From NCBI GenBank assembly GCA_051294375.1, contig CM119264.1, positions 12,588,263 to 12,652,262 on the forward strand: a stretch of DNA of 64,000 bases. The letters run 5' to 3'. Below the pieces are notes generated by a model, which saw only the letters and a program-made list of their open reading frames with translations, did not search any database and was not told where the DNA came from. Source of the stretch: Paraspadella gotoi. Its lineage: Eukaryota > Animalia > Chaetognatha. This document shows, piece after piece, positions 13,530 to 31,312 of the stretch (position 1 is its first letter; the number at the start of each line of letters is the position of its first letter). Position numbers and translations under genes: made by a program.

Positions 13530-14090
13530 GAGGAAGAAAAGGACCGAAGGGGGAAAATGTGAATATTAAAGAAGGAAAAAGGAAAATGGGAAGAAGAAGA
13601 AAGAGACGAGAAAAAAAAATTAAGGAGGAGGAAAGGGAAAGGAGTAAAGGGACTGAAACGAGTTGAGAAAAGAATGTTGAGGAGAGAAAAATGTTTTTAG
13701 ATAATGTTAGTAGGAAAAAGAAGAGAGAAGGTGAGAAAGATGAAAGCAGCGAGACTCCGCGAGAAAGAGAGAGAATTTGTGAATAACAAAAATTCCGAAT
13801 AGAAATTTAGAAAATTTAGAGGCGAAGAAAGATCATTAAGAGAGAAGAGTCCATTGAGACTCGAGTAATAGGTGAGCATCGGGTCAACGTGTCAACGGGT
13901 CAATAGGTCATCGGGTCTCGGCCCATCCCTCGGCTTATTGAGGAAGCGAACGCTCGTTATTGGGAAAGTGAAAGTCGGACTGGCGTCAAGAGTAAAGCAT
14001 CACTTGCGACGTCAATGGAAGGGGGCACGTGCGACAATATTTCCATGCGTTCAAAACGAAGAACTCTCTTCTCTCTCTTCAGTCTCTCTC

Positions 14091-14121
<31 letters not shown>

Positions 14122-14551
14122 TTCTCTCTCTCCTCTCTTACTCTCTCTCTCTCTCTCCTCTCTCTCTCTCCCTATTTTTCTCTTTCCCTTCCCTCTCTCT
14201 CTCTTCTCTCTCGTCACTTCAACCAAAGACTGACGAACAAACTCAGTGAAAATGTCCATTGACGTCTGTATAGCACCGAACTTAACTCTGAGCAGAAAAC
14301 AGCTAGGAAATTACAAAAACACATTGACGAAATGAAAAGAGAAAAAAACCCAAAAGTGGTTTTGGTGAAACAAATCGGAAAACAAAAAAAAAAAACTAAA
14401 AAAAACTAGAAAAGGTTTTTATTGTTGATGTTGGTCTTCTGTTTTCGAACTTCGGTTTCAACAAGAGAATAAGGTCCAGGTTCCAGCCCGGTTAAATCGA
14501 TCCTGAGTCTGAAGTGGGTTATAAATTTTTTAAATTCTCTTCTCTCTGTCT

Positions 14552-14636
<85 letters not shown>

Positions 14637-14708
14637 CCGTAGGACGATGACAAGAAAAAGGCTTTTTATTAACATGATAGCAACAACGAAACGACGGCTT
14701 CGTCCCCG

Positions 14709-14754
<46 letters not shown>

Positions 14755-16903
14755 GGGTCAAAGGGCGTTTGGTCGATAGCCAGAGGAGAGACGCCCAAAT
14801 GCCAACGTCGATCTCTTTCTTGTCCGCCAGAGGGAAATGGGAAAAGGAGAAAAAAAAAGAGAAACAAAAGGAGAAAAACGGAGGAAAAGAGAGAAGTTAA
14901 GGAAATAAGGAGAAAGAAAGGGGAAAAAAACAAAAGACACGGATTGAAATTGAGGCAGAAAACGAAAGATTTACTAGTGAGAAGTTACATTCAGGTGTTT
15001 TCTTCTTAATCTTACTAGACAGTTTTGTTATACGTATTATAAATATTTATTTTATTTCTTACTGATAAGACGCGATGATGATGAAGGCGTAGTGAAAGTT
15101 ACGTACGAATAATTCTCTAAAAAGTCACTTATGAACAACATACCATCAGTGAACATTAATTTGTAAAAAAAATTAATTTTATGTTTTTTATATTTCGCAT
15201 TCGGCTATATTTATATATAGTACTATCCTTATAAAAATCAAAAAATTTCAAAATAAGCTTTTTTCAATTTTTATTAGCAGATTGTGAATTCACTCGTCAA
15301 AAAGTTGATTTAAAAGAAAAATAAAATAATTTTTTAAAAAATTCTTTCATTAAATGGGTTAAAAATTAAAAAAACTATATTTAATATATAAAAAGTTAAT
15401 TTTCAGCTTAAAATATAGCTTTTCTAATTTTTGACCAATTTAATGAAGGAATTTTCAAAAAAGAGTTTATATTTCTTATTATCAACTTTTTATGACGATC
15501 CAAATCTGCAAAAATCTTAGAAAAAATGTTTTGAAATTTTTAACATTTATTGGTTTAGTACTAGTATAAATATGGCCTACTGCGTAAATTGTATAAATTT
15601 ATTATAAATTTTTATTACAAATGTTCATTTAGTCAATGTTGTTGCAGTTTTTCATTTTTATTGTTCTCAACCTAGTTCATTACTCCGTGAATGTTCAGCA
15701 TAAAATATTAATGCAAATCTCTTAAAAGCTCTCAGATACAGTTAAATAACATAAATGCCCTCAGATTCAAACTGAAAAGAGATTGGTTTTATTCTGTAAT
15801 GACGTGAACAACATATGTTTAGTAATCAAGACAGAAAAAGCCCAAAAAATTTTGGTCACAAAATAAAAATTAATTCCCAAAGTTTTTCTCACTTGATTAT
15901 TAATTCTTTTTAATAGTAAAAAAAAATGTTAAGATAAAAAGCAACACCAAACGAAGAAACCTTCCTAAAAACCGAAAATAAAGTGGCGAGAGATCGAGAG
16001 GAGAGAGAGAGAGAGAGAGAAGAGAGAGAGACGAGAGAGAGAGAGAGAGACGAGAAAAATATAATCAAGAAGCAGTTTCTTCGCCATTTATCGTCGTCGT
16101 CGCGGTCGTATCGTCGTCGCGTCCTCGTGTCAATGGCGTCTTTTTCCTCTGTCTTTTCTTTGTTTGCGGCGCAAAAAAAACAAAAAACACATTTTTCTTT
16201 CTCATCGTTCGTTCGTCTTCGTCGTGTTTGTCGTCGTGTCGTCATCGTCGTCGGTTCTGAGGATTTCTAAGAAAAGGTGAGACATCGTTATCTTTCCNNN
16301 NNNNNNNNNNNNNNNNNNNNNNGAGGAAGAAAGGACCGAAGGGGGGAAAATGGATATAAAGAAGGGAAAAAGGAAAAATGGGAAGAAGAAGAAGAAGAAG
16401 AGAAAAAAAATTAAGGAGAGGAAAGGGAAAGAGTAAAGGGGACTGAACGAGTTGAGAAAAAGAAGTGAGGAGAGAAAAATGTTTTTAGATAATGTTAGTA
16501 GGAAAAAGAAGAGAGAAGGTGAGAAGATGAAGCAGCGAGACTCCGTCGAGAAAGAGAGAGAAATTGTGAATAACAAAAATTCCGATAGAAATTTAGAAAT
16601 TTAGAGGCGAGAAAGATCATTAAGGATGAAGAGTCATTGAGACTCAGTAATAGGGTGAGCATCGGGTCAACGTGTCAACGGGTCAATAGGTCATCGGGTC
16701 CTCGGGTCATCCCTCGGCTTATTGAGGAAGCGAACGCTCGTTATTGGGAAAGTGAAAGTCGGACTGGCGTCAAGAGGTAAGCTCACTTGCGACGTCAATG
16801 GAAGGGGGCAACGTGCGACATATTTCCATGCGTCAAAACGAAGAACCTCTTTCTCTTCAGTTCTCTCCTCTCTCATCTCATCTCTCTCTCTTCTCTCTCT
16901 TTT

Positions 16904-16953
<50 letters not shown>

Positions 16954-17384
16954 TCTCTCTTTTCCTTTCCCTTCTCTCTCCCCTCTCTCTCTCTCTCTCA
17001 CTTCAACCAAATGACTCGACGAACAACAAACCAGTGAAAATGTTCATTGACGTCTGTCAAGACCGAACTTAACTCATGAGCAGAAAACAGCTAAGGAATT
17101 ACAAAAACACATTTGACGAAATAAAAGAGAAAAAAACAAAAGTGGTTTTTGGTGAAACAAATCGGAATAACAAAAAAAAAAATACTAAAAAACTAGAAAA
17201 GTTTTTATTGTTTGATGTTGGTCTTCTGTTTTCGACTTCGTGTTTCAACAAGAGAAAAGGTCCAGGTTTCCAGCCCGGTTTAAATCGATCCTGAGTCTGA
17301 GTGGGTTATAAATTTTTAAATTCTCTTCTCTCTGTCTTTACTTTCTCTCTCTCTCCTCTTCTCTCTCTCTCTCCTTCTCTCTCT

Positions 17385-17422
<38 letters not shown>

Positions 17423-17492
17423 GTAGGACGATGACAAGAAAAAGGCTTTTTATTAACATGATAGCAACAACGAAACGACGGCTTCGTCCCCG

Positions 17493-17538
<46 letters not shown>

Positions 17539-19458
17539 GGGTCAAAGGGCGTTTGGTCGATAGCCAGAGGAGAGACGCCCAAATGCCAACGTCGATCTCT
17601 TTCTTGTCCGCCAGAGGGAAATGGGAAAAGGAGAAAAAAAAAGAGCAAACAAAAGGAGAAAAACGGAGGAAAAGAGAGAAGTTAAGGAAATAAGGAGAAA
17701 GAAAGGGGAAAAAAACAAAAGACACGGATTGAAATTGAGGCAGAAAACGAAAGATTTACTAGTGAGAAGTTACATTCAGGTGTTTTCTTCTTAATCTTAC
17801 TAGACAGTTTTGTTATACGTATTATAAATATTTATTTTATTTCTTACTGATAAGACGCGATGATGATGAAGGCGTAGTGAAAGTTACGTACGAATAATTC
17901 TCTAAAAAGTCACTTATGAACAACATACCATCAGTGAACATTAATTTGTAAAAAAAATTAATTTTATGTTTTTTATATTTCGCATTCGGCTATATTTATA
18001 TATAGTACTATCCTTATAAAAATCAAAAAATTTCAAAATAAGCTTTTCTTCAATTTTTATTGGCAGATTGTGAATTCACTCGTCAAAAAGTTGATTTAAA
18101 AGAAAAATAAAATAATTTTTTAAAAAATTCTTTCATTAAATGGGTTAAAAATTAAAAAAACTATATTTAATATATAAAAAGTTAATTTTCAGCTTAAAAT
18201 ATAGCTTTTCTAATTTTTGACCAATTTAATGAAGGAATTTTCAAAAAAGAGTTTATATTTCTTATTATCAATCTTTTTATGACGATCCAAATCTGCAAAA
18301 AATCTTAGAAAAAAATGTTTTGAAATTTTAACATTTATTGGTTTAGTACTAGTTATAAATATGGCCTACTGCGTAAATTGTAATAATTTATTATAAATTT
18401 TTTATTACAAATGTTCATTAGTCAATTGTTGTTGCGTTTTTTCATTTTTTATTGTTCTCAACCTAGTCATTACTCCGTGAATGTTAACATGCATAAAATT
18501 AATGCAAATCTCTTAAAAGTCTCAGATACAGTTAAATAACATTAAATGCCCTCAGATTCAAACTGAAAAGAGATTGGTTATATATTCTGTAATGACGTGA
18601 ACAACATATGTTAGTAATCAGACAGAAAAAGCCCAAAAAATTTTGGTCACAAAGATAAAATTAATTCCAAGTTTTCTCACTTGATATATTAATTCTTTTT
18701 AATAGTAAAAAAAAATGTAAGATAAAAAGGCAACACCAACGAAAAACCTTCCTAAAAACCGAAAATAAGTGGCGAGAGATGAAGGAGAGAGAGAGAGAGA
18801 GAGAAGAGAGAGAGACAGAGAGGAGAGAGAGCGGGGAAGAAAAATAATCAAGAGCAGTTTCTTCGCCATTTATCGTCGTCGTCGCGTCTCGTTCGTCGTC
18901 GCGTCCTCGTGTCAATGGTCGTCTTTTCCTCTGTCTTTTCTTTGTTTGCGGCGTCATAAAAAAACAAAAAACACAATTTTTCTTTCTCATCGTCGTCGTC
19001 TTCGTCGTGTTTGTCGTCGTCGTCGTCATCGTCGTCGGTTCTGAGGATTTCTAAGAAAAGTGAGAATCGTTATCTTTCCNNNNNNNNNNNNNNNNNNNNN
19101 NNNNACCAAACCAGTGAAAATGTTTTCCATTGACGTCTGTAGCACCGACTTAACTCCTGAGCAGAAAACAGCTAAGGAAATTACAAAAACAACATTGACG
19201 AAAGAAAGAGAAAAAACAAAAGGGTTTTTGGTCGAAACAAATCGAAAACAAAAAAAAAAACTAAAAAAACTAGAAAAGGTTTTTATTGTTGATGTTGGTC
19301 TCTGTTTCGACTTCGTTTCAACAAGATGAAAAGGTCCCAGGTTCCAGCCCGGTTTAATCGATCCTGAGTCTGAGTGGTTATAAATTTTTTAAATTCTCTC
19401 TCTCTCTCGTCTTTACTTCTCTCTCTCTCTCTCCTCTTCTCTCTTCCTTCTCTCCCCG

Positions 19459-19513
<55 letters not shown>

Positions 19514-20849
19514 CCCGTAGACGATTGACAGAAAAGGCTTTTTATTAACATGATAGCAACAACGACAACGACGGCCTTCGTCGCCCGGTCGTCGTCGTCG
19601 TCGTCGTCGTCGTCGTTCGTCGTCGTCGTCGTGGGCTCAAAGGGCGTTTGGTCGATAGCCAGAGGAGAGACGCCCAAATGCCAAAGTCGATCTCTTTTTC
19701 TTGTCGCCAGAGGGAAATGGGAAAAGGAATAAAAAAAGAGAAAAACAAAAGGAGAAAACCGGAAAAAGAAGACAAGTTAAGGAAATAAAGAAGAGAAAAA
19801 AGGAGGGGAAAAAAACAAAAGACACGGATTGAAATTGAGGCAGAAAATCGAAAGATATTTACTAGTGAGAAGTTACATCAGGTGTTTTCTTCTTAATCTT
19901 ACTAGACAGTTTTGTTATACGTATTATAAATATTTATTTATTCTTACTGATAAGACGCGATGATGATAAGGCGTAGTGAAAGTTACGTACGAAATTCTAA
20001 AAGTCAATTATGAACAACATACCATCAGTGAACATTAATTTGTAAAAAAAATTAATTTTATGTTTTTTAATTTTCGCATTCGGCTTATTTATATATAGTA
20101 CTATCCTTATAAAAATCAAAAAATTTCAAAATAAGCTTTTCTTAATTTTTATTGCAGATTTGAATTCCTCGTCAAAAGTTGATTAAAAAAAATTAAAATA
20201 ATTTTTTAAAAATTTTATTAAATGGGTTAAAAATTAAAAAAACTATATTTAATATATAAAAAGTTAATTTTCAGCTTAGAAATATAGCTTTTTCATATTT
20301 TGACCAATTTAATGAAGTAATTTTCAAAAAAGAGTTTATATTTCTTATTATCAACTTTTTATGACGATCCAAATCTGCAAAAAATCTTAGAAAAAAATGT
20401 TTTGAAATTTTAAATTTATTGGTTAGTACTAGTATAAATATGGCCTACTGCGTAAATTGTAAATAAATTTATTATAAATTTTTTTATTACATAAATGTTC
20501 ATTAGTACAATGTTGTTGCAGTTTTTTCATTTTTTATTGTTTCTCAACCTAGGTCATTACTCCGTGAATGTTATGCATAAAAATTAATGCAAAATCTCTT
20601 AAAGCTCTCAGATACAGTTAAATACATAAATGCCCTCAGAATTCAAACTGAAAAGAAGATTGGTTTATTCTGTAATGAGTGAACAACATATGTTAGTAAT
20701 CAGACAGAGCAAAAATTTTGGTCACAAGATAAAAAATTAATTCCCAAGTTTTCTCACTTGAATTATTAATTCTTTTTAATAGTAAAAAAAAATGTAAGAT
20801 AAAAAGCAACACCAACGAAGAAAACCTTCCTAAAAACCGAAATAAAGTG

Positions 20850-20912
<63 letters not shown>

Positions 20913-21160
20913 AATATAATCAAGAGCAGTTTCTTCGCCATTTAATCGTCGTCGTCGTCGTCGTCGTCATCGTCGTCGTCGTCCTCGTTGTCAATGTCGT
21001 CTTTTCCTCTGTCTTTTCTTTGTTTGCGGCGCAAAAAAAAACAAAAAACACATTTTTCTTTCTCATCGTCGTCGTCTTCGTCGTGGTTTGGTCGTCGTCG
21101 TCGTCATCGTCGTCGGTTCTGGAGGATTTCTAAGAAAAGGTGAGACTCGTTATCATTTCC
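13530..21160. repeat. Triple direct repeat of a ~2.8 kb unit (13530-16297, 16323-19079, partial 19105-21160) separated by 25-N gaps; probable assembly artefact
   Basis: The same landmarks recur three times (CAAAGGGCGTTTGGTCGATAGCCAGAGG, the AT-rich palindrome, GGTTCTGAGGATTTCTAAGAAAAG). Copies differ mainly by homopolymer indels, and the first two end at a gap. Confidence 0.85.
15130..15650. mobile_element. AT-rich degenerate foldback / MITE-like element (also in the copies at ~17915-18435 and ~20010-20520)
   Basis: Mirror-ordered reverse-complement blocks around ~15395: CGCATTCGGCTATATTTATA..TAGTACTA vs TAGTACTAGTATAAATATGGCCTACTGCG; TCGTCAAAAAGTTGAT vs ATCAACTTTTTATGACGA; AATTCTTTCATTAAATGGGTTAAAAATTA vs TAATTTTTGACCAATTTAATGAAGGAATT. 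No ORF. Confidence 0.6.
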
Positions 21161-21499
21161 GGTAAAGAGATTGAATCGGATCGACGGACACCAGAAGGTG
21201 CGGGGATCAAGCGTCGCACTGCCCCTTCCATTTTATCTGCGTCGTCGTCGTGGTCGTCGTCGTCTTGTTTCTTTTTTTCACCTCTTGTTGTTGACTTTGT
21301 TTTCTCGTTTCCTTTTCTTCCTTCCTTTCTTTCTTTTCTCCCGGGGACCCGCGTCGATTCGGTCTTGTCTTTATCCGTTGTCAAGTTGATTGCTTTCATT
21401 TAAATCCTTTCCCTTTTTTAATTTTCTTCGACGATCTATTTTTTCGTCGTGGTCATCGCTAATTTTATTCTGGCATTTCATGGATATTCTGATGTCTCG

Positions 21500-21868
21500 G
21501 TTATTTATTATTATTATATTATTATTATATTATTATTATTATTTTTATTATGAAATTGGTACAACCAATATAAAAATTATCCATTCATTTAATAAATAAG
21601 CTATCTTGCCCCCGACTTTGGACAGGCTTTGGTGGATTAAGGCCTCCATCACTCTTACAAGATAATTACATAGCAGGTCCCTGCAAGCTTTCAATCAAGA
21701 CTCTCTCACAGTCTCGTTTATTCACTCCCAGAGTACTTGGCTTCCCCATCAATGAAGTGGAAAATATTTCAAAGAATGTTTCAATTGTATGAAAAGACCA
21801 CTCCTTTAAGTATTAGATCGGGGAATACTTATTGTACTCCGCACTAGCATCAAAATACAATATCAATA

Positions 21869-21957
<89 letters not shown>

Positions 21958-21975
21958 TATTATTATTATTATTCA
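21500..21975 (-). mobile_element. Dispersed repeat fragment between (TTA)n arrays, possibly the 3' end of a non-LTR retroelement
   Basis: 21551-21610 (TGAAATTGGTACAACC...AAATTATCCATTCATTTAATAAATAAGCTATCTTGCC) recurs at 63814-63873. On the minus strand it runs into a (TAA)n tail. Confidence 0.35.
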
Positions 21976-22568
21976 ACTTTAACCTGTTTCCATTGCAATA
22001 CTTTTTATCTATGAAAACTTCCTTCAAATTTGACTAAGATTATGTCGTTTGTATCATCGTTGCTTGTTTTTTATTTTGGCTTCATTGTAGTTTTTTACAG
22101 TCAATTCGCATCCATTCTAATTTTTCTTTCTCTTAGTTGGTTATAGCATATATTGACATCAGACCGCCATTTTTTGTTCGCCATTTTTTGTTCCCAATTT
22201 TCTGTCGAAATTCAAAAAACGATTTTTTTATGACATTGTTTCAAAAAAGGAAAAGGAGTTCATACCCGATTACTTTTATATGATCCGCTGCCCGAATTTT
22301 TTTTTTTTTTTTTGGTAAAATTTTGATGGCTCCTTGATTTATTTTTACTTGCTCCTTCATTCCTTCCTTAGCTCCTTCATTCATTTCTTCACTCCTTCCT
22401 TCCTTCTCTCCTTCATTCCTTCGCTCCTACATTCATTCGCTCCTTCATTCATTCACCCGGCCTTAGCGATAACCTCAGTTCCTTTTTTTTCGGTTTTGCT
22501 TCTTCATTTGATTTCGTTGGCATTTGGATGTTGCGAAGTTGGTACGTGTGGGGAATGGCCAAAAAGAT

Positions 22569-22631
<63 letters not shown>

Positions 22632-23311
22632 TTTCCTCCCCTTCTCTCCTAATATTGTTCAATGGTTTCCATGTAAATGTTAGCTTTCGTTATTTGTGTC
22701 GGCGCTTCCGAATACAAAATAGTATTATCATTGGATTTCTTTACACACGACAACGTTTTGCACGGCTTTTTGCACAAACAGAGCTCAACGCCAAACTTAC
22801 TATGTACTCCGAATTCTGAAGTAATTAAAGAAAGACTTGTCAAGATAGTTTTTTCAGTTTTACCGACATAAAGACAAGAAACAAGGATTGTAAATTTCCA
22901 GGATTTTTTTTTTTTCGAAGAACCGATTCGGTCCCCAAGCTGTCGTTAAAGCCGGAGTCCACTCTCTCGCTCCCCGCGCTCGACCCACATATCCAAAGGC
23001 ACTCCCCTCGAAAATTGAACTCCTCGGATTTTCGTTCTCTCTGGCCGCACGCTGCGAGCGGAAGCGGGAAAAGTTATCGAAGAGAAATTTGATTGTTGAA
23101 AGATGTTCAATTTAAATTTTGGTAACAAAAAGATAAAGTTTTTAAGGATGATAAGAAAGCATACTACGGAAATAAACTCGTATATCTTTTTAGTTTACAT
23201 ATTATGTATACAACTGTGATTGTTACTCGACTTGAAACTTTTGAAAAAAAAGACGACATTTGTCTGTAAAATCTCGTTCAAGGTGATGAAAGAAAAAAAA
23301 TTCTTGAATTT

Positions 23312-28487
<5,176 letters not shown>

Positions 28488-29689
28488 GCATATAATGAGA
28501 TGATGCATTGTCTTTCCCTTCAACAAAAATAAGATACAGCTCAAGCCAAAGTTTCTTGATATCTAAATTTTAGTTTTCATTTCTTACATTAAATTGCCGA
28601 AAAATAGCTGGAAAGTAAACGCGACAATTTTTTTTTCCATCATGGTAAAAAGATGACGTCTTAGATTTGGATGCCGCTTTACTCTGGCGTGGTTCCACGC
28701 GACATCCCTCCTTCCATTCGTCATTTGCTTCGCCCACTCGATTTTTTGCGATCGAATCGCAGCAACGACGGATAAACTTTTTAAGTTTCCGGTTCACCGT
28801 CACACGTCCTTTCACATCTTTTCACATCTTTTCACGTCTCCTCTCATCATCTCCGATTTGCTTCCCATCCTCGAAGATTTGTTTTTCGCTTCGGTTCAAC
28901 ATTAAGGTCAAAGCGAATTTTTACAAGTAATATGTTTGTGCCTTTTGTGTCTGCACGAGCATGTTTTACGATTTCCCTCTGTCTAGCGGTTTTAAAAAAT
29001 TTTAATTAAATTTAAATTTCGAAACTATGTTTAGCAACATATTCGAATCGATATATTTCGTCTTATGTTAGGGTATTGCACNNNNNNNNNNACTGCTAAT
29101 CCCTACTTATGTACATGAATTAATAATTGGTCGAAGTCACGAAAACGGAATATTGCGTTGCATCGTTATTTCGCTCTCTCGTATTAAAGAAGCGAGAAAT
29201 TTTGTATTGAAATCACTTGACGTGAGAAATTTCCGATGTTAGTTCGTGAGACGAAACAAAGAATGAATATGAATCGACGACGCGTGGGAGGTGACGAGTC
29301 GGTGACATGGCGGTGTCATAGTTATAAAGAGTCGGGTGAGCGATCACGGAGAGATTAGCGAGTGATCAACGAGTCAGCGGGTGAAATGGGACGAAAAAGT
29401 CAAAGGAAAATCCATAATTTGTTACGTCAATATCTATCGCGTCATCAAACCGCGTCAACGTAAAACTTCGTTGCGGCAAAAATAATATCTTATAAGTTAC
29501 AACTTGAAATGGAAGCGAAAATAAATCTCTCAATAAATCCCAGAAAAAAGGGTGAATTTGCTAAAAGCAAAAGAAAAAAGGGGGAAAAAAAAGAATAAAA
29601 AAATCCAAGAAAAAAAAGCGAAGTTTCCGTTGAGACTTAAAGTCGCCGACACAAAAGAAGACGCCTACGATAAAGTCGAAAATATCTCC

Positions 29690-29915
29690 CTCGCCATTGC
29701 CCACGCATCATTCCCTTGCCATTCCCTTGGCATTGGCTAAGTGACCAGCATCATTCGCTTCGCCAATTCCCTTGCCATTGCTAGTGCCCACCGCTCATTC
29801 CCTTGCCATTGCCTTGCCATTGCCAAGTGCCCACGCATCATTCCCTTGCCATTCCTGACGCCATTCCCTTGCCATTGCCTAGTGCCCACTGATCATTCCC
29901 AAGCCATTGCAACGC
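29690..29915. repeat. Minisatellite of ~11-bp CCCTTGCCATT units with GTGCCCAC spacers
   Basis: Repeated cattcccttgccatt / gccattgc motifs. Confidence 0.8.
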
Positions 29916-30607
29916 AATTCCAATGGAATTCATTCTGCGGACGAATTTCCTATATTCAGATGAAGACGCCATTCCCCTGCTAGAGCCGACGACTTTGTCG
30001 ACAATGTCGACGCTCCTTGAGTGACAACTTCAACGACATTCCCTCACTACTTTGAACATTTTGTGTCATTTACTTTGCCTTGCCACAAACAACGTATTTC
30101 TATTACAACGGCCGACGCGATAACTGGTAAAAACTCTTCATAACGTAGCAGAGGCACATCCAAGGGAAACACGATATCTCTAACACATACAAAACTACTT
30201 TCATCCTTTTTTTCTTTATGTACATAAAACATTACTTACAAACGGTAGGCTAAATTTTAACCAAATTTTCACCAATAGTTCTTTTTTCATAGATATTACT
30301 AACTTATAATATCTTTTATAATAAAGGAATCTAACAAGATTTAATTGTGAAATATTTTAGGGTCTCCTCTATTTTTTTTGCCTAGGACTCTAGCTATATT
30401 TCTCTTGCTTCACCATCGCCAACTCCATTTGCCAGCACTGGCGTGATCAACAACTGCAATGGCTTCAGCAGTTATGCAACAACGACGATGACGACGACGA
30501 GGACGACAGCGAAGTTTGCCGCGCCTCTCAAATAACGCCACGAATGACGTCGATTGACGTCGCGACTTGTCGGCCGCGATAACCTGTCATTTCCGCTCTA
30601 CTTTCTG

Positions 30608-30677
<70 letters not shown>

Positions 30678-31244
30678 CTCTCTCGTCTCTACCCCCTGCT
30701 TTCCTGCAATGAGTTTTTTTCTCAAGGCGACCTCACCTCCCCGCACAACGCAATAAAAGCACCGCGCGGCTGCGCCGCCGCGTCGGCTGCCATCGCTAGT
30801 ATTGGCCGCGGTGCCCGACGAAGCGACGGCGCCGGCGCCGCCTAGATTCGAACTCATGATTTCGCCCGCGATTTTACGACTCGATTCTTTGTCGCGGTTG
30901 TTGATTCGGTCGTTGACGATGTTGTTCTCGTCGTTGTTGTTGTTATTTTCATAATCGTTGAAAACAATTTTGTGTAATTATTACCTAACGTTGTCATTAT
31001 TTGGTTTTGGCTTCTTTCTATAACCAAATTAAAACACTTGGTAATAAAATATTTAAGTCCGATAAATGCCTCTATTATGTCTATATCTACTAATTAACGT
31101 TGTTCATTTTTCATCATCGTCGATGTCATTTTGTTCATCCTCATCGTCGTCGTCTTCGTCGTCATTTTCGTCCAGGCTTCCTCTTCACGACAAAAGAGGA
31201 AAAAAATACGCATAATGAGTGAAAAACCCGACGTGAAAACACGA

Positions 31245-31258
31245 ACCGGAAGTGGTGT

Positions 31259-31310
<52 letters not shown>
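31245..31310 (+). promoter_or_regulatory. Candidate promoter: ETS site + Forkhead site + (GA)n
   Basis: ACCGGAAGTG (31245-31254, ETS consensus), then TGTAAACA (31256-31263, Forkhead consensus), then a GA repeat. A consensus donor G|GTAAGT lies at 31451/31452 downstream. Confidence 0.3.

Positions 31311-31312
<2 letters not shown>

Noticed and set aside
30737-30792. Minus-strand peptide MAADAAAQPRGAFIALCGE resembling a thymidylate kinase N-terminus
   Set aside because: No P-loop continuation (GK[ST]) found in any following exon candidate.
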